Positions 35,895 through 50,217 of a DNA stretch of 64,000 nucleotides are shown here, piece by piece; within the stretch, counting starts at the first letter, position 1, and each line of letters begins with the position of its first letter. A program made the translations under genes and the position numbers. Source of the stretch: Negaprion brevirostris (taxonomy: Eukaryota); assembly GCA_030324005.1 (NCBI GenBank), contig JARDVH010000143.1:23297578-23361577 (forward strand), read 5' to 3'. A model generated the notes under the pieces. The model searched no databases and was not told where the DNA came from. It saw only the letters and a list, made by a program, of their open reading frames with translations.

Positions 35895-38800
35895 AATGAC
35901 TAGGATGGAGGAACAGAGTAGATTGTAGCTAAATTCACTGACGATAGAAAGGGGGTAGAAAAGCAGGTTGGAAGGGGGACACAAAGTTTACAAACGGATA
36001 CATAGGGTTAGTGAATGGACAAAAATTTGGCAGATGGAGCATAATGTAGGAAAATAGGTTATTCAGTTTAGAGAAAAACAGAATTACTTAAATGGAAAGA
36101 GATTGAAAAATGCTACGGTAGAGGTGGATCTGTATCTAATAGATGAATCACGAAAAGGTAGCACGTAAGTACTTGGAAGGCCAATGGAATGTTTGCCTTA
36201 TTGCAAGATGGATAGAGTATAAAAGTAGTGAAATATTGCTGTAGTTGCATTGGTAAGATCACATCTGGGAACCTGTGTATGGTTTTGATCTCTTTAAATA
36301 AAGAGAGGTATACTTCAATTAAAAGCAGCACAGAGATGATTCATTAGGCTAGTGGCCTCCAAATAGTCAGTTGCAATTGACAGGTCAATCCTGGAGTCTC
36401 AAAGCCAACTGTCATTGGCAGCTGATCCATTGCTGAAAATGCGCAGGACTGTTGACTTCTTGTGATGATGAGTGAATCAGCTCATTGACTGCCGAACCAT
36501 TCTAAAAATCTGTGGAATTTGGGGTTCTCATGATGATGTGCACATCTTTTAATTGACTGCTGAATCATGCCAAAAATGTGTGGGATTCGGGCTACTTGTG
36601 ATGGCGAGTGAATTAGCTCATTGACTGCTGAAATGCAGGTGCCAAAACATACACTAAGCTGGGTGAAGACAAAACAATGAGTGAGAAGCCATGGACCTTC
36701 AAGAGAGCAGAAACCTACCAGTTCCACCAGGAATGTCAAAGGCAAGACCGTTTGTCTCAGTTGACAAATAGTGAAGCTTTGAGTAAAACAGGTACTTTGG
36801 AACAGCATCACAAGACAATGCATGCAAAACTTAAAGAAAATTCCCCTTTAAACAGTGTCATTTGAACAAAGAAAGTTGAAGAATTAAAGACAATGTTGCA
36901 AGCTCAACAGTCTAACTTTGCAAAGCTAACAAAAAGACATCTTTTCACATTAGCTATCAGCTGGCAAAATATAAGGAACTGTTCACCAAAGGCGAAGTTA
37001 TCAAGGAGTCCCTGCTATGATAGTCCCTGCTGACACCTTGTTTAAATACTTTATAAACAAAGATGAAATTATGATAGCCATCAAGAGCATGTTGCTTGAT
37101 GCTTTAACAGCAGCCAGAAGAGTGAATTTGTTGCCTGAGGAGATATCTCAGTAAAAACACCAAGATTTAACAGGCTATGAATGTTTCTGATGGTGATTTG
37201 ATGAGTCAGTAGACATGATGGATGTAGCCCATTGTTTTCATTTGTACAGCATTCAACTGTGTAAAAACCAAGCAGGACTGCCTCTTTTGCCACTCAGAGG
37301 TGATAAGAGATGAGGATGTCAACAGCGAATTTACAAAGTATGCAGCTGAGAACATTGGTTTCGATTGCAAGTAATGGTGCACCGTCAATGCAGGGTATGA
37401 ATGCAGGCTTTGTGGTACTTTGCAGAAATGATCCTGGATTCCCCTCCTTTGTCAGTTACCAGTGTGCTATCCACCAACAAGCGCGAGCGAGGCAAGGTTA
37501 TTGACTTTTCTCATTTTATGACAGTTGGTTTGAAATTGCCAACTGAATTCATGTCAGAGCTCTGCAACATCACTTGTCCAAATCGTTACTCAATAAATTT
37601 GATGTCACCCAATGTTGAGCTAATCCTGCATGGAAATGTGAGGTGGTTAAGTCGAGGAAAAGTCTCCCAGAGATCTGATCCCTGAATTGTCACCTTTCTT
37701 AAATCGTGAAACGAGGTGTGCAGCAAGTTGTCAGATGATGCCTGGTTGCCTGACTTGGCATTTCTTATGGACGTAGGTGCAAAATTTAATGAGCTGAACC
37801 AGTCTTGTCTCACATGATCAGTGTAAATGTATTAAAGTTGAAACTAGGCCTATGGTCCTCCCAGTTAAAGTACAAAATTACTGAGCACTTCTCAAACCTG
37901 GAGAAAATCCAGCAACAGGTCAAACAAAAGGGTTCCATCTAAACAAATTCTGTGACTACCTGAACAAATTGGAAAAGGAATTTAATAGACAATTTCGGGA
38001 GTTAAACAAGATGGAACAAACTATTGTTTGTTTGTTTCAATCTTTTCTTCAAGGGGGCGTTGGAGAACTGAAGCATCTCCGTGCAAAATGACGTAGTGCT
38101 GGAAGCTAGGTCAAGGAGCAAAGACTTTTGGGGACTTGCAAAGAGAGCGTAATACCCTCTTCTGATGGTGTGTGCTCAAGATGAAGACCTACTTTTGTTC
38201 CACAAACTTCTGTGAGGTGGCTTTTTCCTGAATAATAATCAAGTCCAAGTATTGCACTCTTCTCATTGATGCCCATCCGATGGACTGTATGGGACTGGCC
38301 ATTGCAAGCTACAACCTAGCACACTCATGATGTGCAAGCACTGGTGCCACCATAAGAACAGGCCAACATAATGCACAAGTACATTGGGGGGTGGGGTTAG
38401 TAAAATCAGATTTTTTAAGAGTAGACCTCATGCTGCATTCTGGTGCTAAAAGTGATGTGTTTAAAAAGATTTGAGACAACTGCATAAGGCTAATTCTTGG
38501 GGTGAAGGGTTGTCTTCTGAAGAATTGCTGAGTAAATTGGGCCTATGCTCAAGTCTAGAAAAATGAGAAATAACCTTTCTGAAATGGATGTCATTCTGAG
38601 AGAGCTTGACGGGTAGATCCTGAGAGGAAGTTACCCCACTGAGGGCACAGTCTGAAAATAAGAGGACTCCCATTTAAGATGGTGTTGAGGAGGACTTTTT
38701 TGNNNNNNNNNNNNNNNNNNNNNNNNNNNNNNNNNNNNNNNNNNNNNNNNNNNNNNNNNNNNNNNNNNNNNNNNNNNNNNNNNNNNNNNNNNNNNNNNNN

Positions 38801-39040
38801 NNTAAGATGGTGTTGAGGAGGAATTTTTTGTCTCGAGGGTCATTTGTCTTCCCCAGTGAATTGTGGAGGCTGGGTTATTGAATATATTCAGGGCTGATGT
38901 TTTGATTAACAAGGGAGTTGATGGTTATGGGGCATGCAGCAAAGTGTAGCTGAGGTCACAATCTGTTTGGTCGTGATCTTATAGAAGAGCAGCGCAGGCT
39001 CAAGAGACTGAATATCCCATTCTTGGTCAAATTTCTTTGA
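35895..39040 (+). mobile_element. CR1 LINE split by a hAT insertion (CR1 parts 35895-36349 and 38483-39040)
   Basis: CR1 ORF2 reads '...gcagcacagagatgattcattaggc' on the left and resumes 'taattcttggggtgaagggttgtct' on the right. Confidence 0.8.
36350..38482 (+). mobile_element. hAT (Charlie/Buster group) DNA transposon with decayed GTF2IRD2/EPM2AIP1-like transposase
   Basis: Imperfect TIRs tagtggcctccaaa / tttgagacaactg and 8-bp TSD cattaggc / cataaggc. Peptide relics LVSIASNGAPSM, YQCAIHQQA, LHGNVRWLSRGKV, WLPDLAFLMD and FCSTNFCEVAFS, with many frameshifts. Confidence 0.92.
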
Positions 39041-39316
39041 TTTTACAGTCTCATTATGGAAATATTACTACTCCTCTGTACCCAGTTGAAAATAATTTAT
39101 TTACTGTGAACTGTTCTTCGAAGAATATGGAATCATTGAGCATTATGGATAGCTGACTGACATCAAGACAGAAATTAGGGGTGTTTGAAGTGGCTGTAGG
39201 TGAAAGTGGTGTTCTACAAGCATCCATGCTGGGATCACTTGTTCACTATTTATATTAATGACTTTGGAATCAAAACCATAATTTCTAAATGATGTCACCT
39301 GACACGCGGGGGAGTG

Positions 39317-39915
39317 AACATAAGAACTAAGAGCAGGAGTAGGCCATCTGGCCTTTCGAGCCTGCTCTGCCATTCAGTAAGATCATGGCTGATCTTTTCG
39401 TGGACTCGCCCCATTTACCTGCCTGCTCACCATAACCCTTAATTCCTTTACTGTTATAAGTTTATTTATNNNNNNNNNNNNNNNNNNNNNNNNNNNNNNN
39501 NNNNNNNNNNNNNNNNNNNNNNNNNNNNNNNNNNNNNNNNNNNNNNNNNNNNNNNNNNNNNNNNNNNNNNNNNNNNNNNNNNNNNNNNNNNNNNNNNNNN
39601 NNNNNNNTTCACCTGCCAGTGGAAACAACTTCCCTGCTTCTAACTTATTTATTCCCTCCATAATCTCATATATGTCTGTAAGATCATCTCATTCTTCTGA
39701 ATTCCAACAAGTATAAACCCAGTCTACTCAGTGCCTCCTCATAAGCCAACCCTCAACTCTGGAATCAACCTAGTGAATCTCCTCTGCACCCTCTCCAGTG
39801 CCAGTATATCTTTTCTCAAATAAGGAGACCAAAAGTGTACACAGTACTCCAGGTGTGGCTTCACCAGCACCTTATACAGCTGCAACATAGCTGTTTTTAA
39901 ACTCTATCCCTCTAG
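39317..39915 (-). mobile_element. CR1 LINE 3' fragment (spans a gap)
   Basis: 'gaacataagaactaagagcaggagtaggcc' tail and ORF2 relic. Confidence 0.85.
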
Positions 39916-41269
39916 TTGGGGAGAAGGGAAATGGGAGATGGTCAGCCTTGTGGAGGATGGCAACAAACTAAAAAAATTAAACTTGCACTGCCAGGTGACC
40001 TTTGTGTCCCCAGAGGGAACCCCACGACAGGTTCACGTCTGAACATGTTGTAAACCTTACTGATGTGACATTGTGACAGCGAGGGACAAAAATCTTGTGA
40101 AGAGGGAAGATCTGGTGAGGGGAAGGGGGTCTTTAATTAAATTGAAATGAATGTAAATGAGGTTCTAGCCTGTTATGGGCATGAACCTGAATGTTGCCAC
40201 CAAGGGATGCAAGGAGATTGCAATGTTATGGTGAGATTTGCAGTTTCTGGGTTTCACTGGGTCTTGAGCCCTGCCTGCGATCTTGTGGTTGCAAATGTGC
40301 GCTCAAGATCCAGCCCAACGTTTTAGAAAACTGGTTTAACAGTTACATTTAAAAAAAAACTTTGGACTGACCTTTTAAAGGCTGTTTTGAAATGGCCACA
40401 AGCTGCTAGGCAGAATTGCGGATTTCAGACTGAATTGTCTCTACTGAGAGGATAAAAGATAATCTGTAATTTATTTATGGTTCACTGTGGTCTTGTACAG
40501 AAGATAACAAAGTTCCTTTGATGCTTCATTGTAAGAATATAAATTGTGCCTTGGCCAGTACAAAAGCACAGGTGAGAGAAGGGCTTTTGATGTGTTGCTG
40601 CTATATGTCGGGAATGGCTTGGCATTTTGTACAGGTCGCGTGATAACGGTGACTGTTTTAGTTTACCTGCAAAAAGTAATGAAAAGAGCTGGAAGATCCA
40701 GAGTGAATCCTATTTTGAAGAAACTTCAATCCAAGGGGAGCCAGAGAAAGGCATCTAAATACAGATGGCTGTGAAGTAATCGTGAAGCTTAAAATGCCAT
40801 GCCTGCGGAGTAGAATTAAGGAACCACCCTGTAAACATCATGACACCAATAAGCTCCCCTGTTAAAGCAACCTCTGGCAATTCGACAGGGTTTCTGCAGC
40901 TGCCATGCATTCTAATCATACAACCCTCACTTGAGACAATGCAATAATCTGACTTCAAAAATATGAACCCTGCACTGACAATGGACTGAACAGATTCAAT
41001 TTTTATAGATATCATTTATCTTCATTTTAATCTTTGTGTACATGTATTAATGACATTATCTTTTCTTAAGTAACTTGCAGAGCAGTAGAGTGAAATAACC
41101 TAACCTTTTAAGTAAAAAGGCTTTGTTGCTGGGTTGTTTTAAATTGAATTTCTCACTCCACAGGTAAGAAAAAATGTACACACGTGCACAATTAAGGTTC
41201 AGAGACAAGGATGAGTTCAGAGATGTGTGAGAAATTCTATCTGAAAAGAGAGAACTGAAGGAAAAGAAA

Positions 41270-41548
41270 AGGCTCGCGAGTAATCTAATCAACGATTTTA
41301 AAACGATGGAAGATTTTTATAGAGTATACAGATTGAGAATATTTTCATTTGTGGGAGATGAGAAAACCCGAAAAACCAACACAAGAAAGCCAGCAGGAAG
41401 TAACATGGGAAAAGCAGGTTACAAGGACATGGGGAACAGGTGGGGAGGTGGATTTGAGACCAGCAGTGATCAACCATGATCTGACTTAATGCAGAATTGG
41501 CTCAGAGGACTGAATTTGCCTGCTTCTGCTCCAAATTCCTATGTTCCT
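41270..41548 (+). mobile_element. old CR1 3' fragment
   Basis: Tail 'ggactgaatttgcctgcttctgctccaaattcctatgttcc'. Confidence 0.6.
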
Positions 41549-43639
41549 GTGTACTATGAATTTAGAACAATCTTTTTTCCCCAGTGTGGTGAGAATGTGG
41601 AAGACAATACCACAATGTGATTGCAGGTTAGATCTATTGAAGAGGAGGATGGATAAGCATAAAAGGAAGTAGGCAGTAGACTGTAATGTGGATCAATCTG
41701 GTGAATCTTTGTTGCATTCCTGCTGTGTTGTTTCTTTATGTAGTTAAAAAAATGGCCACTCCAAAATCTGAGAGGTTCGAACAAGCAAAGATTTATTTTC
41801 AGTACTTGCAAGGGAGTGAGAGAACCTCAGCAAGCCAAGGAATCTCTCAACAGTTTTTTTAGCATATTATTTTCCTTTCATAAATTCTGTTGACTCTGCT
41901 CTGTCCTACCATTATTTTCTAAGTATCCAATTATCACGTCTTTTACAATCGACCCTATAGCATTTTGCCAAATACTTATGTCAGGAAAATACCAAAAACC
42001 CCAGATCTTCCGAATAGTGTCATGGGATCTCACTCACCTACTGGAAGAACACTAGGGAATGGGTCATTTTAACAGCTCACCTGAAAGACTGGACTTCTCG
42101 AAGTGCAACACCCCCTTTGGTATGGTGTCAGATAACCTTGATCTTTGTGCTCAGGTTCTGGAGTGGGATTTGAAACCAAACTCTCCAGGCTTAAGTGAGC
42201 AAGTTATGGTTGCTATTATCCCTTGTAACAGGAGTTCCCCATGTGCAACTTGGATTCAGGATCCTGAGATTTGATCTATTGACTGAGCTAGCGAGACATC
42301 TAGAACATAATTGTTGTGTCGCAATATTCAGCATGCCCCTGTTGCTGTATCTTAAAACCAAAAGTCAACTCCCTTGTTTGGATTGTAGTATTTACTCTGG
42401 AATTTACATAAACTGGGTGTAGTATTAAACCAAATATAAAATATCATATTCTTTGATATGACTAATTCGTAGACTTTAATCCAACAATGCGGTGCTTGCT
42501 AAGCATGATGTGAAACTGGTTGTATTCTGAGCAGATAGGATTTTAATAATCACTGTTCCCTCTTCAGCTGAATTTTAAATAGATCAACTAGGTGAGCTGG
42601 GCGTTTAGAAGCCTCTCAGCAATGATGTGGTTCTTCCACTGTGGCTTGAGAGTATGTCAGTTTCATGGTTATGGTGTAATGTTTAATTTCCAAAATGAGT
42701 CAGTATGATTACTATTAATTCTCATGAATTTTTTCTTAATTTTATGTAAACTGAATGTCTATATTATGAGACAGATAGGTAAGAGAAGGACGTGGACCGC
42801 AATGATTCAGTGAAGCAGCATTGAACATACCTTTTTGAGGGTAATTGGGGCTAGGTACTAAATACTTGTCTTGCCAGCGGTGCTCACATCCTGTGAATGA
42901 ATTTAAAAAAAGGACAGGTAAGTTGAAGAATGTAAGGGAAAAAGTGGACGAAGATGAAAGGTACAATCTGCTGACATGGATGAGAGTGCTACCTCTACTT
43001 TTTACCAGACCATAATTGCCTTGCATTTATTGTACAGAAACTGGACATTTGACTTGATGCCCATGTTTATGCTTCACATAAGTCTCCTCCCACTTTACCT
43101 AATTACAGCTGATCACCATTTGTTTTATTCCTTTTTACTTTGTGTACTTATTGGCTTTCCCCTTAAATATATTCATGCTATTTGCCTAAGACAGTCTGTG
43201 GTGGCAAAGACCACCTTCAGAATGAAGAAGTTTGTCCTGAATTCTTTTCTGCATTCATCCGATTGTTTCCCCAATTTTAGACTTTCCCCAGAATTGGAAA
43301 GATGTTCACTACCTTATCCTCTCATAATTTTAAAGACACTTATCAGATCAAGTATCAGTCTTCTGTTTTAAACTGAAATACACCCTTTCTGATAGTTGCA
43401 ACTTCTCAGTTCTGTTATTATCCTTGTGAATCTTTTTTGCACTAATTCTTGTGGCTATCCTTTTAATGTAAAGAGCAGAGCAGAGCTGAGCGCAGCACTT
43501 GTAGTGTGGCCTAATGTTGCTACTTTTAATACAAAGTCAAAATACTGTGGATTCTGGCAGACTGAATTATAAATAGCAATGTTGCAGATGTTCAACAGGT
43601 AGTATTTTTGGAACAAGAAACCGAGTTAATGTGCTGTCA

Positions 43640-44880
43640 AGCAGCACTTATTGAGCAGTAACCTGCTCACTGACGCTCAGTTTGGGTTCCACCAGGTTCA
43701 CTCGACTCCTGAGCTCAGTACAACTTTATCCCAAACACGATCAAAACAGCTGAACTCAAGATGAGGTGAGAGTGATTTTCCTTCAGGGCAGTGTTTTAGC
43801 GAATGTGACATCAAAGAGCCCTAGCAAAACTGGAGCCAATGATAATCAGGGGGTAAATTCTCCACTGGTTGGAGTCCAGTCAAGCACAGGGAAAAGATGG
43901 TTTGGTTTCAGAGATCAAACATCAGTCCCAGAACAGCAGGAATTTCCCAAGGTCGTGTCCTGGCCCAATCATCTTCAGCTGCTTCATCAAAGACCTTCCT
44001 TCCATCATATGGTCAGTAGTGTGGGTGTTCGCTGATGATTGCACTATGTTCAGTTCCATTCCATTCATGATTCCTCAGATACTGAAGCAGCCTGAGCCCT
44101 TGTGCTGCAAAACTTGGTCAGGTTGGACTGATAAGTGGCAAGTAACACACTAGGCAAATACTAGACTATAACCATCTTCAATCAGAGATAATCCAACTAT
44201 CTCTCCTTGGTGTTCAGTGACATTGCTATCACTGAATGCCTCATAATCAACATCTTGGGGGTTGTTCTTGACCAGAAACTGAACTGGAACAGCTATATAC
44301 AAGAGCAGATCAGAGGTTGGGAATTCTGTGAAGAGTAACTTACCTTCTAACTCCCCAAAGTCTGTCCCCCACCTACAAGACACAAGTCAGGAATACTCTC
44401 CACTTGTCTGGATGAGTGCAACTCCAACAACATTCAAGAAGCTTGACCTATTCAGGACAAAGCAATCGCTTGATTGGCACCCCATCCACCATCTTAAACT
44501 TTCACTCTCTCCACCCCAATGCACTGTGGCAGCAGTATTTATGTTCTACAAGATGTGCTACAACAACTCCATTTGGCTCCTTTGACAACATCTTCAATAG
44601 CTGTGACTTCTACCACTTACAAGGGCAGCTGGTGCACGGGGACAGCATCACCTGCATGCGTCTCTTCAAGTCACACATACTAACATGAATCCAAAATTAT
44701 ATTGCTGTTCTTTCATTATCGTTGGGTCAAAATCCTGGAACACTCTCCCTAATAGCACTGTGGGTGTACTGACACCACATGGACTGCAGCACTAAGGCAG
44801 CTCACCACCACTTCTAAAGAGCAATTAGGGATGGGTAATAAATCTTGGTCTAGCCAGTGATGGGCACATGCTTGAGAGAA
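43640..44880 (+). mobile_element. CR1-like LINE (distinct family), RT region to 3' end
   Basis: GPIIFSCFIKDLPSII...VFADDCTMFSSI is the RT FADD motif. The 3' tail is 'gcaattagggatgggtaataaatcttggtctagccagtgat'. Confidence 0.88.
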
Positions 44881-47671
44881 TTTTTTTAAAAGTTTCAGAA
44901 ATTGTAAAGTGTGAGATCAAGGAATAGTATCTAACTTTTTGCCAAAGCACTTGACAGCCTTCCGCACTAATTGGTGAGTTCGGTAATTTCAGATCATGAC
45001 CACTGCTGTCATTTATTTTCATCCGGCAAATGCTGTTAATAATTCTGCTTTAATCATTTCTGCATTCCATACGACCACAGTCCTTTGTTCTTTCCACCCT
45101 TCCCACAGCCCCTTTCGATGCTTCTAGGCTTGTTTGAAAATTGTTTCATCTGTAAATATTATGTTTGCTAGTTCTGAGGGAAGGCCACTAGTCTCAAAAA
45201 TTTTAACTCTGCTTTTCTTCTCTCTCATATGCTGCTTGACTTGCTAAGCATTTCAGAATCTTCTATTTATGCTTGCTACTTATTAATGAATGAGTATTTG
45301 TACTCCCACTGTCTTTGGTAGTGCTTCTCTGATTTCTTAAGCCACTCCCTGCTCCCCCCCCATTCATTCCTACTTTCAGAATGGATGTAGTTGATTCCTG
45401 CTAGAGTCACCCTTTGCTGTTCCTTCGATCTTTATGCAATACCCCATCACTGTCACTGACATCTTTTCTTTCTACTGTGATATTTGTGTTTTGTAGCAGT
45501 ATTGCGACTGTGCCCTTTGCTGAAGTTCCTGTCTTTTCTAAAGATCTTAAAGAATGAAGTATTTAACTCCTAGTTGTTGTAAAAATTGCTACATCTTGCA
45601 TTATAAGCTGAATATCTGCTAATTCATTTTAATTTTGTGCTATGTGCATTTGTATACAGAGCTTTCATTTGAGTGATTGTTTCCACCTTGACCACATATA
45701 TGGATGATTTTTTTACAAGCACATTTTGACTTCAACTTCCAATGGAACCCAGTACAACTGTTAGGAACGGATGGAACCTAAGAAATTAAATACACTGTGC
45801 ATAGTCCTACTGAACCCAGAGTCAATGCTATAGACAACAATAGCAAGCCAAATTCTAGACTTTTGATAGGGATGAAGTCTATCTAAAAACTGTTTAATGA
45901 CACCATTGTATCCTACTGAACTACTGTGAAGAAGCATAGAATCCCTGTTGTGCAGAAAGAGGCCATTTGGCCCATTAACTCTGCCAAGCAGCAATGATGC
46001 AGATTAAGGGGTAAAAGAACCTTCTGATTGGTATTTTGGCGGGGGAGGGGGGAGGGTGGGGGCTGAGTACTAAGATGTCATGATGAGCAGGCCAATGAAG
46101 ACAGCCAAACAAAAGTCTGTAAAAATAAGTAAAATGATAACTTTGAGAAGAAGTTATAATCTGTTGAATTTAAATGATTTTAAAACTTGCATACTAAAAA
46201 TAACTTTAAAGAATCTTTTAACTGAAACCTGTTTGCATTAATACTGGAGAAATGGGACTGGGAGAACTGTGCAGCCGCCTAGAGAGGCCTGAAATAAGCA
46301 ATTGATACTTATTCAAACCTGACAGCTCCAGAGGAATGTGAGGTATAGCACCATTGCTTGGTGTGACAAAATCATGTTGCAGGGAGTCAATGTGAAAAGC
46401 AAAGTGTAAGGTGAACATCTCTAGTAGATTTCCTATGCACCATTACTAGGGTAAAATATGCTGTTCTGCTATCCCCGTGGTCTAGTAAGTGGAAAGACAG
46501 ATTAAGGCCTATTCTTCATTGCTCTAATATATATAAAAATTGAAGCCCCTGTGAATTGACCTAATTCTGCAATTAGAATTGTAGATTCTAGTTTACAATT
46601 AGACTAAATAAGAGTGTCAGAGGTTGTTGGGCATAATAACAAGGATGTGAGGAGTTGTGGATTGGAGAAAGAATGGAATATGACCCAAGTGCAATACTTG
46701 TCTACAGGACAGGTTCAACAAGCAGATTATCATCTCACTCCAGGCACAGTATTTTTGAGCACCTGAGTTCTGGGCTGTCTGCTGTTTGAATTCTGGAGCT
46801 GACCAGCAAGCTGTAAGTGGGTTTGATAGCGCACTATTAATACGGTTTCAAACTTACAAATGTATTTAAACAGGTTCCAAGTTTTATATAAAAATTACTT
46901 TAAGCCCTGGAATGGTTCAGGAAAATATATTTTTTAACTGAAGTGAATGACTTTGTGAGACCTTTTTAAAAAAAAGGCTTCTAATCATCTATTGAGAAAA
47001 CACACTGCTCAAGTGAAATAACTTGACTTTAATGTAAGTTCTGTGTGATATTAAACAAAACCTCAATCACTGTTTTGTTTTCAAGTATTTTTGAAAAAAA
47101 TGATAAAGTTCACAGGGGACAAAGTGACATACCTTTGTGTGGATGCATACTAAGAAATTCTGCAGGCAGCAACGTTCACAACACAAAGTTATGATAAATT
47201 CTCTATCTGGGAGAAAAATATGCAGTCCAGGTTTTTGAAACATGCTTAGACCCTGAAATCCGAAGAAACCAAAGACAATCCAGAAGTACACTTATTTACT
47301 TTTCGGGAAAGTTATTAATGCAGAACTGTTTTGGACATCAGTTACTGAGGGGAGAATCATTTGAGAATTTTTCGAGTCATTCATAGTTGGATTAGGGACT
47401 GAATGACCTCCTCATGTTGTTATGCTTAGAATGAGACCTGGCAGGATTTGATTTTCAGGCAGTTGGTGCGTGAGGCCATGGTTATAATCCTGAAGGCTCT
47501 GGATCTCACTGGTGGAGTATAAGGTCTGCAGGAACAATAGAATTCTCCGCTGCAGTAGCTGCATTGTTACAGAATTTAGCCGAAAAACAGTACCTACCAG
47601 AAAGAATGGGACTGTCCTGGCAGATAATAGAAATTGGTGGATAACTTGAGAATACAAATTGCTGTATACTG

Positions 47672-48300
47672 CTTACTTGGAGCAGAAGTAGGCTATTTAG
47701 CCTTTCTGCCATCCAATAAGATCATGGCTGACCTACCTCCACTACACCTTTTATGCACTATCTACANNNNNNNNNNNNNNNNNNNNNNNNNNNNNNNNNN
47801 NNNNNNNNNNNNNNNNNNNNNNNNNNNNNNNNNNNNNNNNNNNNNNNNNNNNNNNNNNNNNNNNNNCTATCTACAAATCCATTGGTTTCCTTAGCATCAA
47901 AAATTCTGTCCACAGCTGACAAATATATTCAATAACTAAGCACTTACGGTTCTTTGGAGTAGAGAATTCCAAAGTTCACGATCCATTGAGTGAACATATT
48001 TTCCCCTCATTTCAGTCTTAAAAGGCTGTCCACTTATTCTGAAACTGGCCCCAAGTTCTAAACTCCCCAGCCAGGGATAACATCCAGCATCTACTCTGTC
48101 AAGCCCCTCAAGAATTTCACACATTTTAATGAAATATCTCCTCATAGAACAATCCTGTTATCCCATGAAGCAGTCTAGTGAACCTTCATTGCATTCCCCC
48201 TAAGGCACGTATATCTGTCCTTTGGTAAAGAGACCCAAACTCTACTATCAGTGAGGTCTCACCAAAGCCCTTTACAATTGCAGTAAGACTTCTTTTCTGT
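47672..48300 (-). mobile_element. CR1 LINE 3' fragment
   Basis: ILEGLDRVDAG...RISGQPFKTEMR...LWNSLLQR matches a CR1 ORF2 C-terminus. Confidence 0.85.
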
Positions 48301-49953
48301 TCAAATCTGCTGTTCCTTTTTTGCTACGTTCCTTTCCGCATGCTGCCAAAATCTGCTCATTCTGCATGGCTAACTGATTAATTCCTGGTGCTGGCTCAGC
48401 TACAGACCCAAGATGAGGTTTCATTTTAACATGCAAGTTCTGATTTTCAAGTTGGCAGCTCCACAGAGGTCAGTGTTGGGGTGGCTGCCAATGGAATTGC
48501 TCACCTTTGTACCTGGGGACAGTAGTGTTTGATCTGGAGGAATGTATTTGGCTAGCTGTTTTTGGGTCTGTGTTAGACCTCGTGGCTGGAGTTTTGGGCA
48601 GGATAGCTGTGAATCAGCAGGCCAGTTGATTGATCAACTGTGTAGCACCTGCTCGTATTGCCAGCAGGCAGTGGACTGTAAATTGAAACAAAAAATTTCT
48701 GGCATCCCTAATTCCCAGTGGTGTGTGTGTTTATTGGAAATATATATTGAGCATATTATATATCATTTTTATTTTATATACTTATATCTAATATTTACTA
48801 TAAATGTAATTTAAAACCCGTATTTCTACGAGAATAAGCAACCCTGTTAGGTTAGGANNNNNNNNNNNNNNNNNNNNNNNNNNNNNNNNNNNNNNNNNNN
48901 NNNNNNNNNNNNNNNNNNNNNNNNNNNNNNNNNNNNNNNNNNNNNNNNNNNNNNNNNGAAACTGCTGTTCTTTGTCTAGTGCAGTAGGTTTTCTAACATC
49001 CATCTGAAGCACCAGAATAGGCTCTTGGCTTGTTATCTAATCTAAAAGATGGCATCTCTGATAATGTATCACTCACTTAGTATTGCATTTGATTCTTGGA
49101 GGAAGGCTTAAATTCGCAACAAATGAATTTTGAGGCAACCTATTTAACTTGACTTTTGAAAAAGAGCTCTGGCAATGCCAAAGTTGCAAAAGGAGTTTAA
49201 CCACGACTATTACTTCAGTTGAAAATGGAAAGCCCTGAGTAGGAAAATGGTTTGCGTTGCTTGTTCCGTCAATGTTTTGCCCGCACCTGTACCTCTTCTA
49301 AAGGAACTGACGTATTGCCATACAACTCCAAGGGACATCAGTAACCCAGTGGTTTTGAAATGCCCATTCTGACAGACTATTCAGTAGTGGAGTTCATAGC
49401 CAATTCAATCTTGTTCTGGTGTAATGTACGCATACACACATGTGGACCATTGGACTGAGAAAACTCTTGGAATTTTGTAACTTACTCCTACTCATACTTT
49501 CTAGGTGTGGTGCCTGAAGATCACATTAATATCGACTAGGAATGAACCTGGGACCTTATTAGGCTGTGCAACTTAATTTTAGAAGTCGCCTTATTTACTG
49601 ACTAGATAAGGTGTTAAGATTAAAGGGATTTCCAGAAGAAGGGCGGTGACAGGTGTGAAATATAGCCTTTGCTCACCATTCATATTTGCATTTACATATG
49701 ACCATAAGATTATTTTACATAAATGAAAGGTACAATTCCAAAAAATTTTTGTTTTCTTTGCGTATTTCAAACTGTCTAGGATTGCTGACCTGTTCTTTTT
49801 CACTTTGTTAATGGACTCAAAGGTCATTTCCACAAGGACTAGTGCAGTATTTGTTGACGTGTTACCAACTGGTGCTTTCTGTAAGAAACACACACTGAAA
49901 CAATTAGAACTGATATAAAGAGCACCAATTTCTTCATTCCTGACATATAATTT

Positions 49954-50217
49954 GGGGCAGCACAGTGGTTAGCACTGCTGCTTTATAGTGCCAGGGACCC
50001 GGGTTCGATTCCTGGCTTGGGTCACTGGGTCGAGTTTGCATGTTCTCCCCATGTCTGCATGGGTTTCCTCCGGGTGCTCCTGTTTCCTTCCACATTCTGA
50101 AAGACATGCTGGTTTGGTGTATTGACCCGAACAAGGGCTGGATTGTTGTGAATAGGGGAATTTCACAGTAACCTAATTGTAGTGTTAATGTAAGCCTTGT
50201 GAATGATAAATAAACTT
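49954..50217 (+). mobile_element. HE1-type SINE, alternative-tail subfamily
   Basis: Intact A and B boxes (cagtggttagc; gggttcgattcc) and V-domain. Confidence 0.9.
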
